Positions 1 to 7,853 of a DNA stretch of 21,433 nt are shown here, piece after piece. The position numbers and the translations under genes were made by a program. The notes under the pieces were generated by a model that worked only from the letters and a program-made list of their open reading frames with translations, did not search any database and was not told the DNA's origin. How positions within the stretch are numbered: the stretch's first letter is position 1; each line of letters opens with the position of its first letter. Source of the DNA: a bacterium (GTDB lineage: Bacteria > Zhuqueibacterota > Zhuqueibacteria > Oceanimicrobiales > Oceanimicrobiaceae); contig JBHIAC010000043.1 of NCBI GenBank assembly GCA_046758365.1, positions 1 through 21,433 of the forward strand. Direction: 5' to 3'.

Positions 1-2
1 TA

Positions 3-266
3 CCTGGTGAAGGCGGCAGATTAGCCATTGAAGCCACGTTAAATGATTTGGTAAAGGCCGGCAAAATTTCCGAGCACGATAGACTCATTGGCAGCAAATT
101 GGCTTATGTTTTGACTGGAGGAGAAGAGGCTTCACCGACACGTCCAGTGGACGAGCAGTACATTTTGGATCTGGAACGAGAGGCCTTTGTAAGTCTCTGC
201 GGCGAGAAGCTTTCACAGGATCGGATGAAGTATATGTTGAAGAAAGGTAAACCGCTGCGGAATTAA
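3..266 (+). CDS. 3-hydroxyacyl-CoA dehydrogenase/enoyl-CoA hydratase (FadN-like), C-terminal part; 5' end outside window
   Basis: Frame is open from base 3 (PGEGGRLAIEATLNDLVKAGKISEHD...). It ends with the family-typical LDLEREAFVSLCGE...MLKKGKPLRN*. Confidence 0.9.
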   Translation, partial: PGEGGRLAIEATLNDLVKAGKISEHDRLIGSKLAYVLTGGEEASPTRPVDEQYILDLEREAFVSLCGEKLSQDRMKYMLKKGKPLRN

Positions 267-342
267 ACTCTTGTAGAACATATTACACCGAAATCAGTAA
301 AAGAACTAGTGGAGAAGATTCACTTGACTTTGTGATTTTCGG

Positions 343-357
343 TTTTTCGACAGTCTC
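343..357. mobile_element. Lone IS1182/IS5-like terminal inverted repeat remnant (GAGACTGTCGAAAAA on minus strand)
   Basis: TTTTTCGACAGTCTC resembles the GAGRC...GAAAA ends of the MITEs at 9060-9299. It lies next to the point where the DUF5615 gene is truncated. No clear partner end was found. Confidence 0.35.
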
Positions 358-367
358 AACGCTAAAG

Positions 368-541
368 TTAACCTACCAAACCGCTTACACCATAGGCAAT
401 ATTAAGGAGTTCTTCGTCTTCTTTTCCAAACCAACCCTGTTCTTTTGTATCGAGAATATCGCTTCCATATTCTCTAAGAAATGCTACTACTTTAGGAGAG
501 ATATTTTCATCTGAGAGGATCTTTATTTTTTGAATTATCAT
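368..541 (-). pseudogene. DUF5615 / VapC45-like PIN toxin, 3'-truncated
   Basis: Manual translation: MIIQKIKILSDENISPKVVAFLREYGSDILDTKEQGWFGKEDEELLNIAY-GVSGLVG*. It has the DEN motif and the 'D..LL..A' helix, and its ATG overlaps the DUF433 stop (ATGA). The expected LTxDxDF half is missing after position ~392. Confidence 0.8.
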
Positions 542-765
542 TGAATGGGCTCTAAATCAAGATAAATTTCATTTTTTAAAAAGCGAGCGGCATATTTTAA
601 ACAGGCTTGAATATCTTCATGTGTTATATGTGGATAGTCTTCAAGAATTTCTTGTTCGGTAACATTTGAAGCAAGCAAATTAATAATATGCTCAACTGAT
701 ATTCTAGTACCTTTAATTATTGGTTTCCCTCCAAGTATTTTAGGATTTACTGTAATTTTTTCCAT
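538..765 (-). CDS. DUF433 family antitoxin (VapB45-like)
   Basis: ITVNPKILGGKPIIKGTRISVEHII...EILEDYPHITHEDIQACLKYA signature. AAGGA RBS upstream. Confidence 0.93.
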   Translation of the reverse strand: MEKITVNPKILGGKPIIKGTRISVEHIINLLASNVTEQEILEDYPHITHEDIQACLKYAARFLKNEIYLDLEPIQ

Positions 766-811
766 ATTATTCCTTTTAATTTTATATTCTTGATACTGTT
801 AAATTAAAGGT

Positions 812-840
812 AATATAACGCACATTACATAAAACATCAA
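812..840 (-). promoter_or_regulatory. sigma70-like promoter for the DUF433/DUF5615 pair
   Basis: TTGATG-17 nt-TATATT on the minus strand. An imperfect palindrome TAATGT-N5-ATATTA overlaps the -10. Confidence 0.55.
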
Positions 841-916
841 GTAAAATATTATGAGCAAAGTTGTTTATAAGGACTCTCCTCTATGATTAATTCCACTGTC
901 TTTATTTTTCTCTTTT

Positions 917-1007
917 TTATACATCACAAAGGAAGTCGCAAAGTACGAAGTTGGATGGCTGTTCACAGAAGAAAAAGCAGGAAATGGCAGTCTTGATTCG
1001 TCGTCAT
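917..1007 (-). pseudogene. Possible decayed RHH/CopG-type antitoxin start
   Basis: AAAGGAAG RBS, then ATG at 1007. With one frameshift it reads MTT-IKTAIS..FFCEQ, similar to 'MKTAIS...LFEQA' RHH antitoxins. It has its own upstream promoter. Confidence 0.3.
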
Positions 1008-1055
1008 GACCAATACTTCCTTTGAATCAGTTCTTTATGGGAAGACTTCTTTTAT

Positions 1056-1084
1056 AATATGTTAAATTGTTACAAATTAGTCAA
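1056..1084 (-). promoter_or_regulatory. sigma70-like promoter with a quasi-palindromic spacer
   Basis: TTGACT-17 nt-CATATT on the minus strand. The spacer AATTTGTAACAATTT is a near palindrome. Confidence 0.45.
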
Positions 1085-1200
1085 GTAAGAAATATTTTTT
1101 AGACTAAAAATTCTAAGCATCGTTAGTTTCAGGAGTGACATCAACGCATTCACAGAAGCCTTCATGAAGTACTACGGATCTTTCGGCTTGACTTATAATA

Positions 1201-1399
1201 TTAGAGTCTTTCAACTATCTCATTCGTTAATTCTTTTCTGGCTTCTTGTTCAAGATTCTTGACTATGCCTTCGTAACGGTGTTCAATTTTAAAACCAAAT
1301 TTATAGATGCATTCGGGTGGGAGAAGACCAACAGTTACGGTTTTTATTTATTTGCTTTTCAATCGACTAAAAAATATTTTATTAGGCCGTCGCTTACTC
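1201..1399 (-). pseudogene. Diverged, decayed copy of the 3' end (GNAT C-terminus) of the 1588-aa gene
   Basis: Aligns by hand to 1791-1990 with 42 mismatches and 1 gap in 200 nt (~78%). It reads VSDGL/KIFFSRLKSK*IKTVTVGLLPPECIYKFGFKIEHRYEGIVKNLEQEARKELTNEIVERL*, with an internal stop and a 1-nt deletion. Confidence 0.93.
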
Positions 1400-1422
1400 G
1401 TATGATTTCTACCGAATAATCC

Positions 1423-1617
1423 CTATTTTAAATCGCTCAAAAATAGTTCATCCTTCATCGCCGCTTTAAGGTCATTAATTTTCTTATTAAAATCTTCAGA
1501 CTTTTTTTTAAAAAATAATATTATTTCTACAAGCTCATTTTCCGGAATATGCTCTGGAATTTTAATTCGGATTTCGTGATTTTTAGGTGTCCTTACTATT
1601 TGCTTAATTGCTTCCAT
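1423..1617 (-). CDS. Small hypothetical protein, antitoxin-like, probably C-terminally truncated
   Basis: 64 aa, with an N-terminal beta-rich MEAIKQIV...IRIKIP...ELVEIIL segment and a helical tail. It has an AAGGA RBS and its own promoter. No partner toxin follows; the duplicated fragment comes next instead. Confidence 0.65.
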   Translation of the reverse strand: MEAIKQIVRTPKNHEIRIKIPEHIPENELVEIILFFKKKSEDFNKKINDLKAAMKDELFLSDLK

Positions 1618-1663
1618 TTATTTTTTCCTTATTTTGAAGTAAAATCATGAAGAACTTTTATTG

Positions 1664-1692
1664 AAAGTACAATTTTTAGAACGAAAACTCAA
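1664..1692 (-). promoter_or_regulatory. sigma70-like promoter for 1423..1617
   Basis: TTGAGT-17 nt-TACTTT on the minus strand. Confidence 0.5.
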
Positions 1693-1790
1693 GCGTTTTT
1701 TCTGTTAAACTCGGACATTTAACATAATGACCCGTTTTACTTTTCTGAAAGTTATTCTATTTATTAAGAGAATGACTTAATCAGTTAATT

Positions 1791-4700
1791 TTAAATTCTT
1801 TCAACTATCTCATCCATTAATTCTGTTCGAGGTTCTTGTTCAAGATTTTTGACCATGCCTCCATAATGGTGGTCAATTTTAAAGCCAAATTTATAGAAGT
1901 ATTCAGGTCGTAAGAATCCCACGGTCACGATTTTTATTCGTTGACTTCTCAGTCGATTAAAAAATTCCCTCATGAGGCCATCGCTCACTCCCTTTTTACG
2001 GTGCCGTTCGGCTACAACAATTTTTTCCATGTGAACGGTTTGCACATCGACTTGACGATAAAATAGGCCGCCAATTACTTGTAATCGTTCGTCCAAAACG
2101 ACTAAAAATTGATGCTCTGGGTGAAATTCCACAGGCATATTGGCAAGGGTAAATAGGCGATGAAGTCGGGCTATTTCCTTAGGGGCTGCTGGGTGACGAA
2201 TGCTTAATAGATTTCCATCATCGTCTTCAATAAATACAACTAAATCTGTTTTTTGGGTTCCTTCCGCTGTTAAGGATATGAGTTCGGCTGAATCGCTGGG
2301 TCCTAAGTGGGGATAAGACATTCTCGCAAGGAAAAATTCTTCATCTTGATTAAATTTTAGTTGTCCCCTTAATGCAGATATTTTATCAAGTAATTTATCC
2401 TCTTTTAATTTTTTTTCTTTAATACCGAGTATTATTTGATCTAAAGCTTTAACGAGTTTTTCATCTGACTGAGCAAAAACAGTATCACGAAATAGCTGGA
2501 TTCGCGTACCAGGATATTCATTTTCAAGAATATCTAATGTATACGTGGTATAGAATTCTTGAAGAGTTTGCATACGAGCTTGAAGCGTAGCCTCTGGATT
2601 CAATTCCAACCAGCGACGAAATCTTTGAATGGCGAAATGAAGACGTTTTGGTAGAAAACCTTTCTTATGGACGGTATTTACAAATTTGGTTAATAATTCT
2701 TTGTCTAATTCACTGTTTTTAAGTGAAATTAGAGCATCTTCTAAAAGTCGTAAGCCCTCTCTTTCACCTAAAATTTCAAGAAATGATGAAAAGATTACGT
2801 GCCAACTGCAATGCCCTTTAAGTTTTTCGTATTTATATTCTGCTGGTAAGATGAAATTTTGACGAAAAGAAAGAATCATTTTTGATATACTTTCAAATGG
2901 CTTCCTTTCAGAAATTGACACGATTCGGGAGCCAATATGATAATCATGGGAAGGGACTATAACATTGGCAGGGGTAGGATCGGCAATTTCTAAATGGCGG
3001 CCGGTTCTGTTCCAAAAATCAATGTAAGCACTTAATCCACTCCAAACTAAATAGGGCCACAGTAGTTGCATTCTTTCAGTCCACTCTTGTTCTGGATGGC
3101 GATCCAATCTTTTGAGAAATTTTTCAACCGTTTCACCTGGAATAAATTCTTCTGTCCACAGGTTGTACTCTGGCCAGTAACCGCCAAAATCTTCCACTAA
3201 GGGTTCTCGATCTTGCGAAGCGCCAGCGCAAATAAGCCAGGTAATTTCTGAGGCTACTTCTTCTTCTGACAATGTATTATTGACATTAATCGCTAAATCA
3301 AAAGAGCCTAAATGACGGGTTTGTACCGACACACGATATACAGATTTACCATGCAAGGAACCTAAAAAACTGACCCAGATGCCTTTGGGAGAAATATCCT
3401 GGAGACGAACCAGAGTTCCTGCAGAAAAAAGGAAAATAGCTTCACGGATTAGTGGGGTTTTATGGATAGCGTTGAATATATTTTCCTTATCTTCGGGAAG
3501 GATGTCTTCTTCAAATATGATTACATCAGCCCAGCGGTATTCATTGGCGGTTTCACGGTCCACAGCAATGCGTTGATTAGGTCCTAACCAATTTCTGATA
3601 CCTGATAGTAATTTATCAATGCAGGTATTCGCATGCTTTCTTACTGCTTTATCCAGTTCAAATATCGACCATTTAAATAATTCAGAACGGATTGATTTAT
3701 ACCAAATAGGATGTATGATTCCGTATGATGTAATAAGATCAAGAAGTGATAAAACTGCTTTATTCACAGATTTATGCTCATGCAAACTTTCATGGTTATA
3801 ATAATCCATTAAAATAGAAAAAATATCATTTATTTGATTTTTATTTAAGTCCTTTTCGCAGATCATTGTGATAGTATCTTTATCCAGAACATCTGCATTT
3901 GAATTTAAAAACAGTTCAAAAATTGATTTAAATGTATCTTCTGCTTCGCATAATATCAAGGTTTGGAAGGCATGTCTCATTACAAAAGTGTTGCCAATTT
4001 CAGAAGTGCGCTTTAATACCGACTTTGCAATGGTTGCAAGTCCTTCGATCTCATCTTTTATTATGGTCTCAAGATATCGAATGGCATTAAGTGCTGATTT
4101 TTCTTCCACGGTCTGAAGGATGAATGCAGATAAATGAATCCCTATTAAACTTTTCTCTTGTCGTTCAATGATTTGATTAAATGTAGTTATAATATCCTTT
4201 AAGGGCTTTTTGGGGATTTTTGTAGAAGCTAAATTTATTTTTATTTTTTGATATTCACCCATTCGAGACCAGCGAAAAATATCATCACCCACAAAACTCT
4301 GCAATTCTATATTACCTATCCATAAATCTGGATTATCAATTAAATGACTGATATCAAGGTAATTCTCATGAATTGAATACCAGAAGGTGCCTATACGAAC
4401 TTTTCCAGACTCTTTCTGAGAAGCTTCTACTTGCAACACCGCCTTAGTAGGTTTCAGAACAAGGGAAGAATTTTCCACCATTATATCATCAGCCATAAGG
4501 CCCTTTTCTCTCAATAACCAGTTGGGGATTCGAACCTCCAATCCACTCACCGTAAAGGTCGCGTAATCTTTTTGATACATTTTTTCTATAACTTCATGAA
4601 AATTTTCTTCTACTACCTTTCGCTTAAAAGTACCTTTTGGGGTAAGTTCACCTTTCGCAGCATCAAAATCTCTTTCAATGATTGTGAAATCAACGATTCT

Positions 4701-6557
4701 TTCGTAAGGAGCTAAAAAGCGATTTACCGAAACTATCAAGGAATTGAAGAATTCGCGAAGTTTTTCAATACTAAGTTTAGTCAAATCTATTTGGTCGTAA
4801 TCGTAATTGGGGTATAAAAGAAGGGTATTATATTCTCGGTGATCTCCGACAAGAAATATATTTTTAACTGATTCAAAATCACGAAATAAATTTTCAATTT
4901 TTTGCGGAGCAATGGTTTCGCCTTTTACATTTTTATAAATTTCTTTTTTTCGATCTAAAATTTGATAGTAACCTTCTTCATCCTTTGAAAATATATCGCC
5001 AGTAAAAAACCAACTGTCTTTGAAGCTCGTGGTTTCACTGTAAAGGTAGCCTTCCATTACATAAGGTCCTTTAATCATCATTTCACCGTCTTTGGCAAGT
5101 CGGATTTCGATACCGGGTAGTGCTTTACCAACCGAATTATCCCGATAGTGATGAGGTGGAGTCATAGTAATGCCGCCGGTGGCTTCTGTCATACCAAAGC
5201 CGGACATGAGTTCAATTCCATGAATTTGAAAAAAGCGGAAGATATCGGGATCTAAATACCCTGCTGCTGAAAGTCCCCATTTCAACTGACCCCCTGTAAG
5301 ACTGTCGACTTGTTTTTGAGTTTCTGACTGAGGTGCAGCCTCGATATCAACTTTTTCTATGATTTTCTCATACAATTGAATCCATTTTTTTGGAATACTA
5401 ATAAATACAGTCGGTTTAACTCGTTGCATGTTGTTAATTATGGTTTCAACGCTAGGATTTTGCATAAATGTATAAGTACTGCCCCAAAATATACTGCCCA
5501 TCATTTCAAACCAACGGCCAAATGTATGGAACAAGGGGAGATAACATAGAAAGGTGTCATGTTCGCCAATTTCAGGTAATGCAATAGCACGAGCAAAGCG
5601 TTTACTGACGATATTTAAATGAGAAAACGTAATACCCTTAGGGGCTTCGGTAGTCCCTGAAGTGTACATAATAGAAGCTAAATCTTCTATTTTAACATTT
5701 TCAACCGCCTGTTGAACTCTTCGCAATGGGACATTTTCACCCCGGTGAATGAACTCATTAAAAGACATTATGACATCATTTATAATAGATTCTGAAGTTT
5801 CAATAATAACGATATGGTGTAAGTTAGTTAATTGATTTCGGAATTTTAATGCTTTGCTTAATTGATTCTCCTTAGACACAAACAATGTATTAGCCCCAGA
5901 ATGTCGTAAAATGTATTCCACATGCGTAGGAACAGAGTTGGCGGGAATAAGAACATTCACAATACCAGTGCTCAAACAAGCTAAGTCTATCAAGGCCATA
6001 TCAAGGCTGTTTTCTGATAAAATAGCTATTGGTCCGGGGAGCATTTTGGGAGGAGCTAAAGTAAATAGACTGCGAGCTATTGCATCTACTTTTTCTTGGA
6101 CCTCGTTCCAAGAATATTCTTCAATAATTTGATCTTTGATTAATTTAAATAGAGTTTTTTGACCATATCTTTTAACTCGTTGATGGAATAGTTGTCCAGT
6201 TGTGAAATTTGCTCTTTTAATCATTGAAAGAATTAATTCAAACCAAGCGGTTCCTTTATCTTCTTGGTAAATTTTTTGAAGTAAATGGTTTGTGCGGGCA
6301 AAATCGAGAAATAGAAAAAGTAAATTTCGAAAGTGATGCTTTAGACTATCTTTGGATTTCTCAAATTCTCGGAGTAAAAAATTTCCTAGCTGAAAATATT
6401 CTTCAATACTTTCTGATGCGATCATATTATTCAGTTTTGAATTATCAAATAATGCGGGGGCGAATATTGATTCGAATTTTTCCTTGCTTAGGACTTCATT
6501 GTTTGACTTTACAATTTCGATAAGCTCATTAATTTCTTGTTTATAATCAAAATTCAT
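1791..6557 (-). CDS. Multidomain protein: long-chain acyl-CoA synthetase (AMP-binding) + helical region + protein-kinase-like domain + GNAT acyltransferase
   Basis: ANL motifs SIMYTSGTTEAPKG, LPLFHTF, GFGMTEATGG, FFTGDI, DRKKEI and GELTPKGTFKR (aa ~120-660). Kinase-like motifs LGSLHGKSVYRV, EEFIPGETV and IADPTPANVIV (aa ~1060-1220). GNAT motif A MEKIVVAERHRKKGVS and FYKFGF at the C-terminus. Confidence 0.9.
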   Translation of the reverse strand: MNFDYKQEINELIEIVKSNNEVLSKEKFESIFAPALFDNSKLNNMIASESIEEYFQLGNFLLREFEKSKDSLKHHFRNLLFLFLDFARTNHLLQKIYQEDKGTAWFELILSMIKRANFTTGQLFHQRVKRYGQKTLFKLIKDQIIEEYSWNEVQEKVDAIARSLFTLAPPKMLPGPIAILSENSLDMALIDLACLSTGIVNVLIPANSVPTHVEYILRHSGANTLFVSKENQLSKALKFRNQLTNLHHIVIIETSESIINDVIMSFNEFIHRGENVPLRRVQQAVENVKIEDLASIMYTSGTTEAPKGITFSHLNIVSKRFARAIALPEIGEHDTFLCYLPLFHTFGRWFEMMGSIFWGSTYTFMQNPSVETIINNMQRVKPTVFISIPKKWIQLYEKIIEKVDIEAAPQSETQKQVDSLTGGQLKWGLSAAGYLDPDIFRFFQIHGIELMSGFGMTEATGGITMTPPHHYRDNSVGKALPGIEIRLAKDGEMMIKGPYVMEGYLYSETTSFKDSWFFTGDIFSKDEEGYYQILDRKKEIYKNVKGETIAPQKIENLFRDFESVKNIFLVGDHREYNTLLLYPNYDYDQIDLTKLSIEKLREFFNSLIVSVNRFLAPYERIVDFTIIERDFDAAKGELTPKGTFKRKVVEENFHEVIEKMYQKDYATFTVSGLEVRIPNWLLREKGLMADDIMVENSSLVLKPTKAVLQVEASQKESGKVRIGTFWYSIHENYLDISHLIDNPDLWIGNIELQSFVGDDIFRWSRMGEYQKIKINLASTKIPKKPLKDIITTFNQIIERQEKSLIGIHLSAFILQTVEEKSALNAIRYLETIIKDEIEGLATIAKSVLKRTSEIGNTFVMRHAFQTLILCEAEDTFKSIFELFLNSNADVLDKDTITMICEKDLNKNQINDIFSILMDYYNHESLHEHKSVNKAVLSLLDLITSYGIIHPIWYKSIRSELFKWSIFELDKAVRKHANTCIDKLLSGIRNWLGPNQRIAVDRETANEYRWADVIIFEEDILPEDKENIFNAIHKTPLIREAIFLFSAGTLVRLQDISPKGIWVSFLGSLHGKSVYRVSVQTRHLGSFDLAINVNNTLSEEEVASEITWLICAGASQDREPLVEDFGGYWPEYNLWTEEFIPGETVEKFLKRLDRHPEQEWTERMQLLWPYLVWSGLSAYIDFWNRTGRHLEIADPTPANVIVPSHDYHIGSRIVSISERKPFESISKMILSFRQNFILPAEYKYEKLKGHCSWHVIFSSFLEILGEREGLRLLEDALISLKNSELDKELLTKFVNTVHKKGFLPKRLHFAIQRFRRWLELNPEATLQARMQTLQEFYTTYTLDILENEYPGTRIQLFRDTVFAQSDEKLVKALDQIILGIKEKKLKEDKLLDKISALRGQLKFNQDEEFFLARMSYPHLGPSDSAELISLTAEGTQKTDLVVFIEDDDGNLLSIRHPAAPKEIARLHRLFTLANMPVEFHPEHQFLVVLDERLQVIGGLFYRQVDVQTVHMEKIVVAERHRKKGVSDGLMREFFNRLRSQRIKIVTVGFLRPEYFYKFGFKIDHHYGGMVKNLEQEPRTELMDEIVERI

Positions 6558-6627
6558 CTTACCAACCCTTTTGTTTAGCGAACAATCAAAAATATGAATT
6601 TTGGTAGGATTAATTTATTCTATATTT

Positions 6628-6656
6628 AATTTAATAGCATTTAATTTTAAATACAA
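6628..6656 (-). promoter_or_regulatory. Candidate sigma70 promoter for the 1588-aa gene (divergent from the aldolase)
   Basis: TTGTAT-17 nt-TAAATT on the minus strand. The region is very AT-rich, so a chance match is possible. Confidence 0.3.
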
Positions 6657-6708
6657 ATCTTTTTTAAATGAAGTTTATAAATTAATTTTTCATTAATACT
6701 TAAAATTC

Positions 6709-6737
6709 TTGAATTAAGTAAATTATTTTTGTATATT
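6709..6737 (+). promoter_or_regulatory. Candidate sigma70 promoter for the aldolase
   Basis: TTGAAT-17 nt-TATATT, followed by an AAGGAGG RBS at 6801-6807. Confidence 0.45.
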
Positions 6738-6812
6738 TTTCTGAAAAATGAATAATTAAAAATAAATCAATGAACTGCACCAAGCACTATTAAATAATTT
6801 AAGGAGGTATAC

Positions 6813-7727
6813 ATGGCTAGAAGTAATCGAGTTACATTAAAAGAAATGGATTATCTTAGTCCAGGGAAAAAAGCCCGGTTATATCGCATGCTTTATCAAT
6901 ATGGACCTGCGAATGGAACCCTTCTTTTTCTTCCTTATGACCATGGTATGGAGCATGGCCCAATGGATTTTTATGAAAATCCAACGTCAGTTTTTGAATC
7001 TTTGGATCCAGAATTTATTTTTCGGTTGGCAGTAGAAGGAGGATATTCTGGTGTAGCTACCCATTTTGGTTTGGCTTCAAAATATTATCCTAAATATGCC
7101 GGCAAAGTACCTCTAATATTAAAACTTAATGGGAAGACCAATATTCCCTCAGATGTGCAGGCTTTTTCACCTTTGACTTCTCACGTTGAAGATGCCGTTC
7201 GATTGGGGGCTGATGCCGTAGGGTATACCCTTTATGTTGGTACTCCCCGTCAGGATGAGGATATGCTTCAATTAAATCAAGTCAGAAGAGATTGCGATAA
7301 GTACGGAATGCCTTTGATAATTTGGTCCTACCCCCGAGGTGAGGCCATAGAAAAGAAAGGGGGACGCGACAGTTTTTACGCTGTGGATTATGCAGCTCGA
7401 ATGGCCAGTGAGATGGGCGCAGATTTGATAAAACTGAATTTGCCAAAATTTGATCGCATTCATGAATCTCCTAAACCGTACAATGAAATCAAACTGGAGA
7501 CTAAGGCGGCGTTGCAAAAAGTAATTCAATCCGCCGGAAAATCTATGGTTCTTTTATCTGGCGGCAGCAAGTTAAGTGACACGGACGCTATCGCAAAAGC
7601 ACGCATTGCTTTTGAGGCCGGTGCCACGGGTCTTCTTTTTGGAAGAAACATGTGGCAAAGAGCGTATGAAGATGCCCTCGATATTACAAGAAAAATGAAA
7701 GAAATGGTAAAGGAGTTTTCAGTTTAA
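6813..7727 (+). CDS. fbaB: Class I (DhnA/archaeal-type) fructose-bisphosphate aldolase
   Basis: LPYDHGMEHGP, AVRLGADAVGYTLYVG, WSYPRG (catalytic Tyr), GADLIK (Schiff-base Lys), SGG and GRNMWQ motifs. Strong RBS. Confidence 0.9.
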   Translation: MARSNRVTLKEMDYLSPGKKARLYRMLYQYGPANGTLLFLPYDHGMEHGPMDFYENPTSVFESLDPEFIFRLAVEGGYSGVATHFGLASKYYPKYAGKVPLILKLNGKTNIPSDVQAFSPLTSHVEDAVRLGADAVGYTLYVGTPRQDEDMLQLNQVRRDCDKYGMPLIIWSYPRGEAIEKKGGRDSFYAVDYAARMASEMGADLIKLNLPKFDRIHESPKPYNEIKLETKAALQKVIQSAGKSMVLLSGGSKLSDTDAIAKARIAFEAGATGLLFGRNMWQRAYEDALDITRKMKEMVKEFSV

Positions 7728-7765
7728 GGAAAAGTAAAAAATTCCAATCAATTACTGAACTATGA

Positions 7766-7808
7766 TTCCCCCGTTGGCCTTTATTGGGTGCGGGGGAAAT
7801 TTGTATTT
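7766..7808 (+). terminator. Stem-loop after the aldolase, possible intrinsic terminator
   Basis: TTCCCCCG (7766-7773) and CGGGGGAA (7791-7798) form an 8-bp stem, followed by ATTTGTATTT. Confidence 0.5.
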
Positions 7809-7853
7809 AAAGTTATTATTTGCAATGAAATGAAAGGAGACCAAACATTTACG

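Noticed and set aside
332..514. 60-aa plus-strand ORF
   Set aside because: It is the antisense shadow of the DUF5615 remnant and has no recognisable motif.
960..1007. HIT-family start (MTTNQDCHF...)
   Set aside because: The frame stops after 14 codons, with no CxxC completion or HxHxH motif. The frameshifted RHH reading fits slightly better and is itself low confidence.
1113..1199. Short minus-strand frame IISQAERSVVLHEGFCECVDVTPETNDA*
   Set aside because: It has no start codon or RBS and no family I can recognise. It may be another remnant, but this cannot be supported.
1201..1990. Diversity-generating retroelement TR/VR pair (repeat of a gene's 3' end)
   Set aside because: Mismatches are not adenine-specific: only 7 of the first 19 have A on the coding strand of the copy. 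Many are synonymous, there is an indel, and no reverse transcriptase is in the window.
3379..6523. Short plus-strand ORFs inside the 1588-aa gene, and short antisense or alternate-frame ORFs inside the other genes
   Set aside because: They are nested in well-supported genes, show no motifs, and are typical shadow ORFs.
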